Positions 1-11,455 of a stretch of 64,000 nt of DNA are shown here, piece after piece. The DNA is taken from positions 480,001 through 544,000 of the forward strand of contig JBEPYN010000001.1 in assembly GCA_041641305.1 (NCBI GenBank), written 5' to 3'. The translations under genes and the position numbers were made by a program. The DNA is from Nitrososphaerota archaeon. GTDB taxonomy: Archaea; Thermoproteota; Nitrososphaeria_A; Caldarchaeales; Caldarchaeaceae. Under the pieces are notes generated by a model. It ran no database searches. It was not told the origin of the DNA and saw nothing but the letters and a program-made list of their open reading frames with translations. The number at the start of each line of letters is the position of its first letter. Positions within the stretch are counted from its first letter, which is position 1.

Positions 1-1092
1 GATCCCGGCGAGGTCGTCTATACGGCGTGTCTGGGCTGCGTGTATGAATGCTCCGGCCCCGAGGAAGAGGAGGGCCTTCATGAGAGCGTGGTTGAGGACG
101 TGGAATATTCCTCCCGTCAACCCTGTTACGGTCGCTATGCTAATGCCGAAAACAATGTAGCCGATGTGTGCTATGGAGCTGAAGGCAAGCAGCCTCTTGA
201 CATCCTCCTGCATGAGCGCCAACAAGTTTCCAAGCGACATGGTCAGGATTGCGAAGATAGCCAACCCCAGCTGCCAGCCGAAAAGACTCGGCGGAAACAC
301 CCCCATCAACACCCTAATCATCGCGTAAACACCCGCCTTGATTACTACACCTGAAAGCATGGCGCTTATTGGGCTGGGAGCTGCAGGGTGTGCGTCAGGC
401 AACCAAGAATGAAACGGGGCCATGGCGGCGTTGACACCGAAACCTGTGATGAGAAGAGCGACGGCCAGATAGGCCCATGGCTCGGCAGCCACAGCCGGCG
501 ACGCGAGAATTTCTCCGAGCCTGCTGAGCTCAAGGGTGCCGGCCAGACCGTAAATAAGCGACATCCCGAACAGTATCGCGGCCGCTCCCGCCGCGCTCAT
601 TATCAGATACTTGAGAGAAGCTTCCACGGCCTCCCATGTCCTGTACCTGAAGGCCACGAGAAGATAGGAGGAGATTGACATCAGCTCCCAAAATATGAAG
701 AACGTGAAGAGGTCGCCTGAGTAAACCACGCCGACTAAACCCGTTACCAGAATCATCAGAAGCGGATAGAATTCTGGTTTACGTTCCTCGATGTAGCCGA
801 AGGCAAACAACGTCGATAGAATACCGACCACCAAAAATGTAAGTGCAAAAAATATGGCGAGCCTGTCCACGTAAATCTGCGATCCCGGAGACCCGAATGA
901 GACTGTGTAGACTTTGCCCGCGAAAACTTCCATAGCCTGCGTCAAGGCGATGGCTGTTACAGCCGCCAGCGCCAGAGCCGTGTAAACCTCGACCACTCTC
1001 GGCCTGTTCACGCCCCTGCTTATCAGAGAGAAAATGGGTGAGAGAAGTGTTAGGAATATGAGGGCGTTCAGGGAGGGTGTAAAGTCTATCAT
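1..1092 (-). CDS. MrpD/NuoN-type proton-translocating membrane subunit (3' end runs off the window)
   Basis: Not in the ORF track. Manual translation from ATG at 1092 gives MIDFTPSLNALIF...GDLFTFFIFWELMSISSY...APFHSWLPDAHPAAPSPISAMLSG...KRLLAFSSIAHIG...NHALMKALLFL, the typical antiporter-like subunit motifs. Confidence 0.9.
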   Translation of the reverse strand, partial: MIDFTPSLNALIFLTLLSPIFSLISRGVNRPRVVEVYTALALAAVTAIALTQAMEVFAGKVYTVSFGSPGSQIYVDRLAIFFALTFLVVGILSTLFAFGYIEERKPEFYPLLMILVTGLVGVVYSGDLFTFFIFWELMSISSYLLVAFRYRTWEAVEASLKYLIMSAAGAAAILFGMSLIYGLAGTLELSRLGEILASPAVAAEPWAYLAVALLITGFGVNAAMAPFHSWLPDAHPAAPSPISAMLSGVVIKAGVYAMIRVLMGVFPPSLFGWQLGLAIFAILTMSLGNLLALMQEDVKRLLAFSSIAHIGYIVFGISIATVTGLTGGIFHVLNHALMKALLFLGAGAFIHAAQTRRIDDLAGI

Positions 1093-1134
1093 CGAGACTC
1101 GGTTATCCGACTTTATAGCAGCTTTTTAAGGTAA

Positions 1135-4100
1135 TCAGGAGCAGCCTGTCGTGGCTCCGCAGTTTGTGCAGACATAGCAGGTGCCGCTCCTCGCCATTAT
1201 GCTGCCGCATTCTCTACACGCCGGAGCGTCGGGCGCGGGTGTCGCAGAAACTCTCTTCAAAGTCTCTTCGCCTGCGACAACTTGGGTGTCGACAGCTGCT
1301 TCTGATATGCCCAGCTCAGCTATTTCACTGGCTGGCAGAAACTTTAGCGCAAGCCAGCGGAAAACATAGTCCACGACAGATTTGGCGAAGCGTATCTGCG
1401 GGTTGTCGGTGTAGCCCATAGGCTCGAATCGTGTGTGTATAAACTTCTCAACCAAAACACGTAGCGGAACACCGTATTGTAGAGCTATCGAGGTCACTAT
1501 TGAGAAGGAATCCATCAAACCTGCGAGAGTGCTGCCTTCTTTCGCCATCTTGATGAATATTTCTCCCGGTGTACCGTCCTCGTAGAGGCCTACGGTGATG
1601 TATCCCTCCTGCTCACCGACTCTGAACTTGTGTGTGATGGCTTTTCTTTCAGCGGGTAGGCGGCGCCGCACAGGCCGAGGCGCCTGCTCCTCTGGTTTCT
1701 TAGCCGTCATCAAGGGCTGGGAAAGCTTGCTCCCATCCCTGTATATGGCTATGCACTTTAGGCCGAGCCTCCACGCATCCATGTAAACCTCTGCAACATC
1801 CTCAACCGTCGCATCGTTCGGCATGTTCACCGTCTTGCTTATGGCTCCGCTGAGAAACGGCTGGACAGCAGCCATCATCAAGATATGTGCCTTGTAGTGG
1901 ACAAAGCGTTTACCCTTCCTACCCGATGGAACAGCGCAGTCAAACACTGGGATGTGCTCGGGCTTGATATGTGGCGCATCCTCGACGGTCAACGAGCCGC
2001 AGATAACATCCTCTGAATACCTGATTTCCTCTTCGCTAAAGCCGAGATACTTGAGAAGCGAAAAATCTGGAGACTTGTAGACAGATTCGGGGATGCCGAG
2101 CCTCCGCATAGTCTCGGGGCCAAGGGTCTGCGGGTTGATTACGTCGCTTAGACGGGTGGCGGATACAAGGAGCTGCTCTATCTTTTGTAGATCTGCGTCG
2201 GTGAGCCCGCGTTTCTTTAGCGACTCGTAGTTGATAGGCTGGTTGCCATGTAAAGTGTTTGTCCCGACAACGTATTCGATGATGTCTCTGATTTGTTTCT
2301 CGGTGTATCCGAGTTTTCTCAGCGCGGGTTCAAGTGACCTGTTGACCAGCTTGAAATATCCTCCTCCAACGAGTTTCTTCAGCTTGACTAGCGAGAAGTC
2401 GGGTTCTACGCCAAGTGTGTCGCAGTCCATCAAAAGCCCTATAGTCCCTGTCGGAGCTATCAGTGTCGCTTGAGCGTTTCTAACACCGTATTTTTCCGCC
2501 ATAGCTATTGCACGGTCCCAACTTACCCTTGCAGCGTCGAGCAGATACTTTGGCGCAAGCTCAAGAGGCGGTAAATGTGGCTTAATCTCGAGACCCTCGT
2601 ATTCATGCGGCTTGGCTCCGTAGACGGCTCTCCGATGATTGTTCAAAACCCTAAGAACATGAACACGGTTTTTCTCAAACTCTTCAAACGGGCCAGCAAT
2701 ACTCGCAATCTCAGCCGATGTGGCGTAGACTTCGCCCGTCATCAAAGCCGTTACAACGGCGGCGACAGCACGGCCCTCATCACTATCATATGGGAATCCC
2801 ATTCTCATCAACAGTCCGCCAAGGTTAGCGTATCCAAGGCCAAGACTCCTCGTCCTGTAACTCATTTCCGCAATCTCTGGGCTGGGATACTGAGCCATCC
2901 CAACCGTTATCTCAAGCACAATGGTCCACAGCCTCACGGCATGTCTAAAGGCTTCGACGTCGAACAATCCTTTTTCCTCATCGTAGAATTTCACGAGGTT
3001 TAGTGATGCGAGGTTGCAGGCGGTGTTGTCGAGAAAGTTGAACTCGGAGCAGGGGTTGGTTGCGTTTATCCTACCGGTCTCGGGGCAGGTGTTCCACTCG
3101 TTAATAGTGGTGTCGAACTGCAGGCCTGGGTCTGCGCAAGCCCAAGCAGCCTTAGCAATCTTCTCCCAGAGGTAACGGGCTTTTACAAACTTCGCAGGTT
3201 TACCGTCTGTTCTCCGTATCAGCGCCCAGTCTCTGTCTTCAAGAACTGCGCGCATAAATTCGTTGGTCACTCTGACAGAGTTGTTGGAGTTCTGTCCCGA
3301 GACGGTTTGGTATGCTTCCCCTTCGAAATCGGCTGAATAGCCTGCGGCAACCAAGGCGGCGACTTTCTGCTCCTCCTTCACCTTCCAGTCGATAAACTCC
3401 TCTATCTCCGGGTGGTCGATGTTGAGCACAACCATCTTGGCCGCTCTACGTGTCGTTCCCCCAGATTTGATGGAGCCGGCCACAGCATCTCCAACCTTGA
3501 GGAACGACATCACACCGCTCGAGACTCCTCCTCCCGAAAGAGGCTCACCCTTAGCCCTCAAAGTAGAGTAGTTGCAGCCCTCCCCACTTCCATACTTGTA
3601 AATACGGGCTTGCTTAACCCATGTATCCATAATGCCGCCCGGGTTGACTAGATCATCCTTGATGGAGAGGATGAAACATGCATGCGCCTGTGGACGTGAA
3701 TAAGCATCCTTCGATGGAACAACCTGTTTAAGCTCCTCATCATAGTAGTAGTGGCCTTGTGGTGGGCCAGTTATTCCATAGGCCCAGTGAAGCCCTGTGT
3801 TGAACCATTGTGGAGAGTTGGGCGCACATATCTGGCTAATCAGCATGTACTCAATCTCGTCTTGGAAAGCTTGTGCATCCTCTTGTGACGCGAAGTAGCC
3901 AAACCGCTCTCCCCAGTATCTCCAGCAACCGGCCAGTCTCCTCACAACTTGTTTGAGTGACCTCTCCGGTCCCAGTACTGGTTTGCCGTCTTTGTCAAGT
4001 ATGGGGTTACCGTATTCGTCAAACTGAGGTACACCAGTTTTCCGAAAATATTTCTGCGCAAGGATGTCGGTCGCCACCTGCGACCAGAAGCTGGGAACCT

Positions 4101-4269
4101 CGACATCCTTCATCTCAAAGATGACGTTGCCTGCTAAGTCCTTTATCTGAGAAGTCCTCCTCTCCCACTTGAAATATGAGAAGACATCACGTCCATCAGT
4201 GTAGAAACGATTTATCTTCAAACCTTTTGAAGACCCTTTCTGCTCCACAACAGTCATGGCTTCAATCAC
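1135..4269 (-). CDS. nrdJ: Class II (adenosylcobalamin-dependent) ribonucleotide reductase
   Basis: PNSPQWFN, TNPCSEF, APTGTI, GAISKTVN motifs; C-terminal TSCPD-like domain and CxxC..CxxC. Start may be the ATG at 4257. Confidence 0.95.
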   Translation of the reverse strand: MIEAMTVVEQKGSSKGLKINRFYTDGRDVFSYFKWERRTSQIKDLAGNVIFEMKDVEVPSFWSQVATDILAQKYFRKTGVPQFDEYGNPILDKDGKPVLGPERSLKQVVRRLAGCWRYWGERFGYFASQEDAQAFQDEIEYMLISQICAPNSPQWFNTGLHWAYGITGPPQGHYYYDEELKQVVPSKDAYSRPQAHACFILSIKDDLVNPGGIMDTWVKQARIYKYGSGEGCNYSTLRAKGEPLSGGGVSSGVMSFLKVGDAVAGSIKSGGTTRRAAKMVVLNIDHPEIEEFIDWKVKEEQKVAALVAAGYSADFEGEAYQTVSGQNSNNSVRVTNEFMRAVLEDRDWALIRRTDGKPAKFVKARYLWEKIAKAAWACADPGLQFDTTINEWNTCPETGRINATNPCSEFNFLDNTACNLASLNLVKFYDEEKGLFDVEAFRHAVRLWTIVLEITVGMAQYPSPEIAEMSYRTRSLGLGYANLGGLLMRMGFPYDSDEGRAVAAVVTALMTGEVYATSAEIASIAGPFEEFEKNRVHVLRVLNNHRRAVYGAKPHEYEGLEIKPHLPPLELAPKYLLDAARVSWDRAIAMAEKYGVRNAQATLIAPTGTIGLLMDCDTLGVEPDFSLVKLKKLVGGGYFKLVNRSLEPALRKLGYTEKQIRDIIEYVVGTNTLHGNQPINYESLKKRGLTDADLQKIEQLLVSATRLSDVINPQTLGPETMRRLGIPESVYKSPDFSLLKYLGFSEEEIRYSEDVICGSLTVEDAPHIKPEHIPVFDCAVPSGRKGKRFVHYKAHILMMAAVQPFLSGAISKTVNMPNDATVEDVAEVYMDAWRLGLKCIAIYRDGSKLSQPLMTAKKPEEQAPRPVRRRLPAERKAITHKFRVGEQEGYITVGLYEDGTPGEIFIKMAKEGSTLAGLMDSFSIVTSIALQYGVPLRVLVEKFIHTRFEPMGYTDNPQIRFAKSVVDYVFRWLALKFLPASEIAELGISEAAVDTQVVAGEETLKRVSATPAPDAPACRECGSIMARSGTCYVCTNCGATTGCS

Positions 4270-4368
4270 GCAAGATTCTGATTAAAATCTTTTCTCCCTT
4301 TCTCACCACTGTAGGATGCTAAGACATAGTGCAATTGACGAACATAGGTTCTTGAAACCGCTTTTTGC

Positions 4369-5460
4369 TCATCTAGTGATTTCCTGCGACTTGACGAACT
4401 CGTACAGCTCTCTGGCGCGGCGGTGGGTCTCGAACCAGTTTCTTATTGGTGTCAGGAGCTCATCGAGGTAACGTGCGACAGTGTTTTTGAGGTCGAGTGG
4501 ATGTAGTTTTCCTTCTGTATAGTCTTTCTCGAGTGAGAGATAGTTGGTGTAGGTGACTTCGCCGCCGTATTTCGCGGGCCGCTCAACAACGATTGTTTGT
4601 TTAAGTGGGAAGATGATGTATTTGCAGTATTCGAGGACCGGGTTGCCTGTTGCTTGGCGTGGTGGGCAGTATGCATTGTTTATTTTTCTCTTGATGGTTT
4701 CGGTGTCGTCGTGTACGAAGATGCTTGACTCTGGGATGCTTTTGCTCATCTTCGAGCTTATCTGGATGTCGATGCTCTCCTCCTCCTCGAGGCCCTTTGG
4801 ACCTGTCGGCCCCTCTAATCCCATGAGCATGTGGTGGTGGACTGCCACGGGTTTCCAGAAACCGAGTTTCGGCCCAAGTTCTCTCGCGAGAATGTTGGCC
4901 CGCCGCTGGTCCAGACCGAGCTGACATATCTTGGCCTCGAGCCTGAATATGTCCGCGACCTGCATACCTGGGTAGAGCAACTGAGCGGCTTCTTGAAGCT
5001 CACCCTCCTTCCGGCCCATTATAGGCAAGCATCTAAGCGCACGGCGTAGAGTTGTATTCTGGAGAACCTCGATGACCAGCCGCCAGTAATCTCTGTCCGC
5101 AGCCAAGTCGCTTGCCCAGACAATTTCGACGCGGCTTGTGTCTATGCCCGAGGCTTTCCACACCTCGACAAAGTATTCACCCACTTTTCGGATTTTCTCT
5201 AGATCTCCGCCCATTTTTCTGTTGATTGCTGCATGCCAATCCGCCAGCAGGAGCTTGAAGCGGCAGCCCGCCTCTAGCATGTCGCGGAGCTTAATGGCTC
5301 GGAGAAGGGCGAATGGGATGTGGGCCAAGCCACTTGGCTCAAAACCATCATAGGCGATTGGGGAAGACTCTGTCTCGAGAAGAGCACGTAGCTCCTCGGG
5401 TGTCAAAACCTCCTCAGTCGGCTGCCTCATAATTAGCTCAAGCCTTCTCTCGACATCCAT
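4369..5460 (-). CDS. tyrS: Tyrosyl-tRNA synthetase (archaeal type)
   Basis: [28 protein letters not shown] motifs. Confidence 0.95.
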   Translation of the reverse strand: MDVERRLELIMRQPTEEVLTPEELRALLETESSPIAYDGFEPSGLAHIPFALLRAIKLRDMLEAGCRFKLLLADWHAAINRKMGGDLEKIRKVGEYFVEVWKASGIDTSRVEIVWASDLAADRDYWRLVIEVLQNTTLRRALRCLPIMGRKEGELQEAAQLLYPGMQVADIFRLEAKICQLGLDQRRANILARELGPKLGFWKPVAVHHHMLMGLEGPTGPKGLEEEESIDIQISSKMSKSIPESSIFVHDDTETIKRKINNAYCPPRQATGNPVLEYCKYIIFPLKQTIVVERPAKYGGEVTYTNYLSLEKDYTEGKLHPLDLKNTVARYLDELLTPIRNWFETHRRARELYEFVKSQEITR

Positions 5461-5499
5461 GCACAGCTCAGCCCCATCACCGACGAGAAGCCAAGTTAT

Positions 5500-7584
5500 A
5501 TGAATATGCTCTTTAGCTGGATAAACATGGCTGACGGCATGCAGAAGCCCAACCGGCTAATCAACGAGAAGAGCCCCTACCTACTGCAGCATGCTTACAA
5601 CCCCGTCGACTGGTATCCATGGGGTGAAGAAGCCTTTAGGAAGGCCAAAGAAGAGAACAAACCCATTTTCCTCAGCATAGGATACTCATCATGCCACTGG
5701 TGCCACGTAATGGAGAAAGAGTCTTTTGAGGACGAAAAGATAGCAGAGCTTCTCAACACCTATTTCGTGCCTGTTAAGGTGGACCGTGAAGAAAGACCCG
5801 ACATAGATGATGTATACATGAAGGCTGTCATGATGATGACGGGGCATGGTGGATGGCCTCTCACCGTTTTCCTCACGCCTGACTTGAAACCATTTTTCGG
5901 GGGAACATACTTTCCGCCTAGGAGGAGGGGTGGACTACGTGGTCTCGACGAAATACTGCGGGGAATCGCCGAGCTTTGGAGAAAAGACCCCAAACAGGTT
6001 ATGGATGCCGCTGAACAGAACGTCAGCTTACTCAAATCATTCTACACCACGGAAAGATCTGTTTCCACACCATCCTACAACCTCGTCTTCACAGCTTTTG
6101 ACATCTTAGCCACTTCCTTCGACAGCCTTTACGGAGGCTTCGGCGGAGCGCCCAAATTCCCCATGCCGGTTTACCTCGACTTTCTACAGGTCTTCAGCGT
6201 GTTGGAGAAAGAGTCTGCGGCAGTCCGCATGGTTTCAACAACTCTCGAGAACATGGCCCGCGGAGGGCTGCATGACCATCTTGGCGGCGGCTTCTTCAGA
6301 TATTCCACTGACCGTGTATGGCTAGTCCCACATTTTGAGAAAATGCTCTACGACAACGCCCTGCTCGCCCGTGTATACATGCAGCATTACCAGCTCACCG
6401 GCGACACATTCTACAAAGAAGTCGGGACAGCCACGCTTGACTGGCTGATGAACGAGATGATGTCGCCTGAAGGTGGCTTCTACTCGGCCATGGATGCCGA
6501 CAGCCCCGAGGGCGAGGGAGCATACTATGTCTGGAGGCTCAATGAGTTGGAGCAGGTTCTCGGCCATGAGTTGGCGAAGATTGCTGCAAAAATTTTCGCA
6601 GTAACAGATACGGGCAACTTCGAGCATGGAAAAAACATCCTCACGATGCGGAAGAGGATTGCAGATCTTGCGGTCGAGCTGGGTGTTGATGAGCAGGCGT
6701 TTAAACAAATTCTGGCCGAAGTGAAAAGCAAGCTTTTGGATGCTAGAAGAAAACGGCCAGCACCCGGTGTAGATGACAAGATAATCGCATCTTGGAACGG
6801 CCTCGCTATCTCAGCACTTTGCACAGGATACCGAGCCACAGGCGAGAAACGCTACCTCGACGCAGCGGTGAAAACCACTGACTTCATCGTCTCCGAGATG
6901 TGGCACGAAAACATTCTCTATCGCATCTACAAGAACGACGCATCTATCCCCGGCTTTCTCGACGACTACGCGGCCGTCGTCAACGCTTTGCTCGATGTGT
7001 TTGAGGTATGCTTTGAGCCGAGGTTCCTCGCCACAGCTGTGGACATCGCTAATAGATTGATTGAGCTTTTCTGGGACAACGAGGGCGGGGGGTTCTATTA
7101 CTCTGTTGATGATGTGGCAGGATTTGCACGGATAAAAGATGCCTATGACGGAGCCACCCCATCCGGGAACACACTGGCAGCCGCCGCACTCCTAAAGCTC
7201 TCCGAGCTAACCGGAGAAACAAAATATCTCCAATATGTTGAGGCGACTCTGAAGAGTTTCGCATCCAGGATGGAGACGGCGCCGGCTGAACACACCGGAT
7301 TGATTACTGTGTTGGCGGGCTTCCACACGAGGAGGATGGAGGTTGTGTTGGTCACCGAATCACTGCGGGACGTACAGCCATACCTTACTCATTTGTATAG
7401 AGAATTCAAGCCGTTTAGAAGCGTGGTAGTGGTTCATGGCGGGAACAGTGAGACGCTTCTGAAATACACGGGTCTCGTGGCCGACAAGCCAGCTAAGGGA
7501 CCTGTTACCGCATATGTCTGCGAAAACTACAGCTGCAAAATGCCTGTAACAAGTTTCGAGGAATTCGTCAAAATGCTTAGTTGA
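5500..7584 (+). CDS. YyaL/SPATA20-family thioredoxin-domain protein (DUF255 plus six-hairpin glycosidase-like domain)
   Basis: [40 protein letters not shown]. Confidence 0.92.
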   Translation: MNMLFSWINMADGMQKPNRLINEKSPYLLQHAYNPVDWYPWGEEAFRKAKEENKPIFLSIGYSSCHWCHVMEKESFEDEKIAELLNTYFVPVKVDREERPDIDDVYMKAVMMMTGHGGWPLTVFLTPDLKPFFGGTYFPPRRRGGLRGLDEILRGIAELWRKDPKQVMDAAEQNVSLLKSFYTTERSVSTPSYNLVFTAFDILATSFDSLYGGFGGAPKFPMPVYLDFLQVFSVLEKESAAVRMVSTTLENMARGGLHDHLGGGFFRYSTDRVWLVPHFEKMLYDNALLARVYMQHYQLTGDTFYKEVGTATLDWLMNEMMSPEGGFYSAMDADSPEGEGAYYVWRLNELEQVLGHELAKIAAKIFAVTDTGNFEHGKNILTMRKRIADLAVELGVDEQAFKQILAEVKSKLLDARRKRPAPGVDDKIIASWNGLAISALCTGYRATGEKRYLDAAVKTTDFIVSEMWHENILYRIYKNDASIPGFLDDYAAVVNALLDVFEVCFEPRFLATAVDIANRLIELFWDNEGGGFYYSVDDVAGFARIKDAYDGATPSGNTLAAAALLKLSELTGETKYLQYVEATLKSFASRMETAPAEHTGLITVLAGFHTRRMEVVLVTESLRDVQPYLTHLYREFKPFRSVVVVHGGNSETLLKYTGLVADKPAKGPVTAYVCENYSCKMPVTSFEEFVKMLS

Positions 7585-7590
7585 GTAGAC

Positions 7591-8760
7591 ATGAGGAAAA
7601 GGTTTGCAGCTCTTTTGCTTACGTGGGTTTCTTGGTTCTGGAGCCATGGTACACGTGTGGGCATATCGGCGATTACGCCATTCATCCGCCAGAGATACAG
7701 CATGTCCACACCCGAGGCCGCCGCGGTGCCCGGAATACTCAACCTCGGCTTCTACGGCTTCGCAGTCTTCTCGGGAAAAGTTCCGTCAAAGACGGGGTAC
7801 AGAAACACGGCAGCGGCTGCAGCCCTCGGCTCCGCAGCCTTCATGTTCTTGGCCGCCCTTTTCGACAACCAACTATTCCTCTACGTGGCCGTGTTCATGA
7901 CAGGAATTTTCCTTTCCCTTCATCTGCCATCTGTGATACCTTGGCTGGGCACACTCTTCAAGGGTAGTCGACAGGGGTTCATCATAGGTGTGCATGAGTC
8001 GGCGGCGCCCGCTGGCCAGACGCTTGGCCCAATCATACTTGCTATTCTCGTATCAACTGTTGGAGTAGCCTACATGTTCGCAGCATGGGCATTCATCCCA
8101 TTCCTCGCAGGCCTCTGCCTATTGCTCCTATTCCGCGGAGACAGGCAAATGCCTGCACAGGTTGTTGGCGGAGGTGGAAAAATTTTTGACACGGAGTTTC
8201 TCGCTCTGACCCTTGTAACGGTAGCCAACCTAGTCGGAAACCTCGGAGTCGTCGCAATTGTGCCGCTGCATCTCGTGGACACCTTCGGATTGGAGAAAAC
8301 CTTCGTGGCTACGGTGGTTGGTGTCAGCAGGTTATTGGGCGTCTTTGGACAGCCTTTAGGCGGATACCTCCACGACAAACACGGTTTCTACAAAGTCGCG
8401 CTAATAGTAACTGTGGCCAACCTCTTTTCCAACATTTACTTGATTCTAGCGCCATACAATCCTCTATACCCTGTTGTCATGACCATCCAAGCATTCGTGA
8501 CAGCAATGTACTTCCCCCTCGTCTACAGTCACCTCGTCAAAACTCATGGCCCACAGGCATCACAATATCTTGGCTCTATGTTCTTCATAGCTGGACTCGC
8601 AGGTCCCACGACCGCGCCAATCTTAGCAGGGTTTATTGCGGAACGGGTTGGTTATGCAGCTGCTCTCGGCTATCCCGCTGCATTGGCTTTGGCCGGTTCT
8701 CTCATGATGCTTTCTTTGCGAAAAGGAAAAAATATGGGTTCGATAGTTAACCATGGCTGA
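7591..8760 (+). CDS. MFS transporter
   Basis: 389 aa, about 12 hydrophobic segments, GGYLHDKHG loop motif. Confidence 0.8.
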   Translation: MRKRFAALLLTWVSWFWSHGTRVGISAITPFIRQRYSMSTPEAAAVPGILNLGFYGFAVFSGKVPSKTGYRNTAAAAALGSAAFMFLAALFDNQLFLYVAVFMTGIFLSLHLPSVIPWLGTLFKGSRQGFIIGVHESAAPAGQTLGPIILAILVSTVGVAYMFAAWAFIPFLAGLCLLLLFRGDRQMPAQVVGGGGKIFDTEFLALTLVTVANLVGNLGVVAIVPLHLVDTFGLEKTFVATVVGVSRLLGVFGQPLGGYLHDKHGFYKVALIVTVANLFSNIYLILAPYNPLYPVVMTIQAFVTAMYFPLVYSHLVKTHGPQASQYLGSMFFIAGLAGPTTAPILAGFIAERVGYAAALGYPAALALAGSLMMLSLRKGKNMGSIVNHG

Positions 8761-8766
8761 TTTGAA

Positions 8767-9903
8767 ATGGTTGTCATCAAGCTTCCGGATGTTGGAGAAG
8801 GAATAGCCGAGGGGGAGGTTCTGAAGTTTCTTGTGAAGGAAGGTGATTTTGTGGAGAAGTATCAGCCGCTCGTCGAGGTTATGACAGTGAAGGTGACGGT
8901 TGAGATTCCATCGCCCGTGAGGGGCCGTGTCACAAAGCTTTTGGCTTCGCCGGGTCAGGTGCTCAAGGTCGGCGACCCATTCATCGAGATAGAGACAGAG
9001 GAAGCCGTTGAATCACCCGTTGAAGATAAGGGGGCTGTTGCGCAGGCTGCTGCACCCACTTCTACGGTTGAGAAGGCTACAAAGGTTCAGGCAACTCCCG
9101 CGGTAAAGAAGCTTGCAAAAGAGCTCGGCGTGGACCTCTCAACAGTTGTGGGAACAGGACCGGGTGGAAGAATCACTGAGGAAGATGTGAGAAGAGCTGC
9201 GTCATCTGAAGAGACACGCATACCCATAAAAGGTCTTCGACGCATCATCGCTGAAAGACTCGTCCAGGCCAAGACACGGGCAGCCCTCGTCACTGTTTTT
9301 GAAAATGTAGACGCCGAGGAGCTTGTCAAGCTCAGAGACGAACTCCGGTCTATGCAGGATGAGAAGGGTGTTAAGATGACGTACTTGCCGCTGGTTATGA
9401 AGGCGGTGGTTGCAGCTGTAAGGGATGTTCCCGCTATGAATGGATGGGTTGATGATGATAGAAACGAGATAGTTTTGTCGAAATCCGTCAACATCGGTAT
9501 AGCCGTCGACACACCCGATGGACTTCTAGTACCAATTGTCAAAAATGTTGAATCAAAAGATGTGTGGAAATTGGCGCGTGAGATAGAGGAGTTGGCTGAG
9601 AAAGCTCGTAGCGGTAAACTCTCTCTCGACGACGTTAGAGGGGGGACCATAAGCATATCCAGTTACGGATCACTCGGCTCGCTGTCAGGAACTCCGATAA
9701 TCAATTACCCGGAGATAGCTATCGTCGGGGTTGGCCGTGTAGAGAAAAGGCCTGTCGTGAAAAACGATGCTGTGGTTGTTGGGCATGTGATGGAGATTGC
9801 TGTTACGATGGACCACAGGGCTGTTGACGGTGGAACGATGGCGAAGTTCGTCAACTCGCTCAAACATCATCTCGAAAACATCAGGGCCGCTGCGGGAGTT
9901 TGA
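8767..9903 (+). CDS. 2-oxoacid dehydrogenase E2 (dihydrolipoamide acyltransferase)
   Basis: Lipoyl domain (LPDVGEGI...MTVKVTVEIPSP), E3-binding GTGPGGRITEED, catalytic DHRAVDG. Confidence 0.92.
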   Translation: MVVIKLPDVGEGIAEGEVLKFLVKEGDFVEKYQPLVEVMTVKVTVEIPSPVRGRVTKLLASPGQVLKVGDPFIEIETEEAVESPVEDKGAVAQAAAPTSTVEKATKVQATPAVKKLAKELGVDLSTVVGTGPGGRITEEDVRRAASSEETRIPIKGLRRIIAERLVQAKTRAALVTVFENVDAEELVKLRDELRSMQDEKGVKMTYLPLVMKAVVAAVRDVPAMNGWVDDDRNEIVLSKSVNIGIAVDTPDGLLVPIVKNVESKDVWKLAREIEELAEKARSGKLSLDDVRGGTISISSYGSLGSLSGTPIINYPEIAIVGVGRVEKRPVVKNDAVVVGHVMEIAVTMDHRAVDGGTMAKFVNSLKHHLENIRAAAGV

Positions 9904-10523
9904 AAAAAGTTTCGGAGCTGGGGTTTAGGACGGACAGCTGGTATGAGGTGATTGTCTCAACCTATTCAGAGCATGGCGAACCACATTTCGCGGCGATGGG
10001 ATGCGGCCTTTCGGATGATGAGCATCTTATCCTGAAACCATACACCAACACAGAGACCTACAGAAACCTACTATCACAAAGGGCCGCGGCCATAAACATC
10101 ACCAACGAACCCGTTCACTTCTACTCTGCAGTTTTCAAAAAACAGCTTCCCCATATACGGAGCGACAAGGTCCCAGCACCACTTCTCGACGGAGCTGACG
10201 CATGGATAGAAGCGGTGGTTGAAAACATCTCCAACGACGCCCCTGATAGAGCCGTAGTCACACTAACCCCAGTCAACATAAAACCCGCCCAGCCATATAT
10301 ACGACCGTATTCACGAGCTCGCCATGCGCTTATTGAGATGCTCATACACTACACTCGGGTCAGGGTTTTCGCGCATACTCCGATGCATCACAGGGCTGTA
10401 GCTTTGGCTGAGAAAATTCTGGACTACGCGGCTCTCGTTAGACGTGTATCCTCCAACTCTGTTTATCTCCATATATGTGAGGAGGTTGTTAATGAGCTGG
10501 GTAAGCTGGGTGTGCTGGGTTGA
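9900..10523 (+). CDS. DUF447-family protein (flavin-reductase-like split barrel)
   Basis: YEVIVST...PHFAAMG...TETYRNL...RARHALIEMLIHYTR pattern; adjacent to RFAP synthase. Confidence 0.75.
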   Translation: MKKVSELGFRTDSWYEVIVSTYSEHGEPHFAAMGCGLSDDEHLILKPYTNTETYRNLLSQRAAAINITNEPVHFYSAVFKKQLPHIRSDKVPAPLLDGADAWIEAVVENISNDAPDRAVVTLTPVNIKPAQPYIRPYSRARHALIEMLIHYTRVRVFAHTPMHHRAVALAEKILDYAALVRRVSSNSVYLHICEEVVNELGKLGVLG

Positions 10524-11455
10524 TTGTAGAAGTAGAGGCCTATGCTAGGCTTCATATGGGGCTGTTCGAGCTTGGGCAACATTTTGGGAGGAGATGGGGA
10601 GGCCTCGGAGTAGCTATAAATCAGCCAAGCCTCCGTATCACCATAAACGCCGAGAATAGTAAACATTTTGAAGGCGTCGATGAAGAGGAGGCCGAGAGGA
10701 TTGTCAACACATTGTGTAAAAATTTTGGGAGAGAGTTCAAGGGAGGTTTGAGGGTGTATTCAGGTATCCCGGTGCATAGGGGGTTTGGGTCGCGTACGCA
10801 GTTTCGACTTGCGTTGGCTACTGCCGTATGCATGGCCGTGAATGTCGAGTGCCCGATTGACCGCCTCGCCGAGATACTGGGAATAGGTGAGGTTTCCACT
10901 GTTGGCACGCATCTGTTTGCTCATGGCGGCTTCGTTGTCCAGCTTCCCAGACAATTTACTCATAAGGGCCTCGGCTCCTTCATCAGGCTTGAGTTTCCAG
11001 AGGACTGGTGGTTTGTCATAGCTTATCCCACTGACGTCAGGGGCCTTGATGAGAATGAGGAGCGGCGGATGTTCAGCACCCTACCACCCCAAGAGAGCGT
11101 GTCATGTATGGAGATAAGCCACCTTATACTCGGCGGCCTTTTACCCTCGCTTATGGAGAGAGACTTGACAGGGTTTGGGGAATGTTTATCGGCTCTTCAG
11201 CGGCTTGTTGGACAGTATTTTGCCTCGGTTCAAGGAGGTGTTTTCAGGGTGGCTGAGGCTGTTCAGCTCCTGAGGATGGCCGGTGCGAAAGGTGTTGGGC
11301 AGAGCTCATGGGGCCCAGCTGTATACGGACTGTTCGGAGCACATTCTGATGCTGAAAAAGCGGCTTCGGAGCTTAAACAACATCTTGGCGACAAGTGGAT
11401 TGTTTATGCAACAACCGCGGTGAACCATGGTGCACGTGTCTCAGTCAGACCTTAG
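10520..11455 (+). CDS. mptG: Beta-ribofuranosylaminobenzene 5'-phosphate synthase family (GHMP kinase fold)
   Basis: ARLHMGL, PVHRGFGSRTQ, HGGFVV, GQSSWGP motifs. Confidence 0.85.
   Translation: MIVEVEAYARLHMGLFELGQHFGRRWGGLGVAINQPSLRITINAENSKHFEGVDEEEAERIVNTLCKNFGREFKGGLRVYSGIPVHRGFGSRTQFRLALATAVCMAVNVECPIDRLAEILGIGEVSTVGTHLFAHGGFVVQLPRQFTHKGLGSFIRLEFPEDWWFVIAYPTDVRGLDENEERRMFSTLPPQESVSCMEISHLILGGLLPSLMERDLTGFGECLSALQRLVGQYFASVQGGVFRVAEAVQLLRMAGAKGVGQSSWGPAVYGLFGAHSDAEKAASELKQHLGDKWIVYATTAVNHGARVSVRP

Noticed and set aside
40-678. Plus-strand ORFs 40..354 and 388..678
   Set aside because: Antisense shadows of the minus-strand Mrp/Nuo subunit gene
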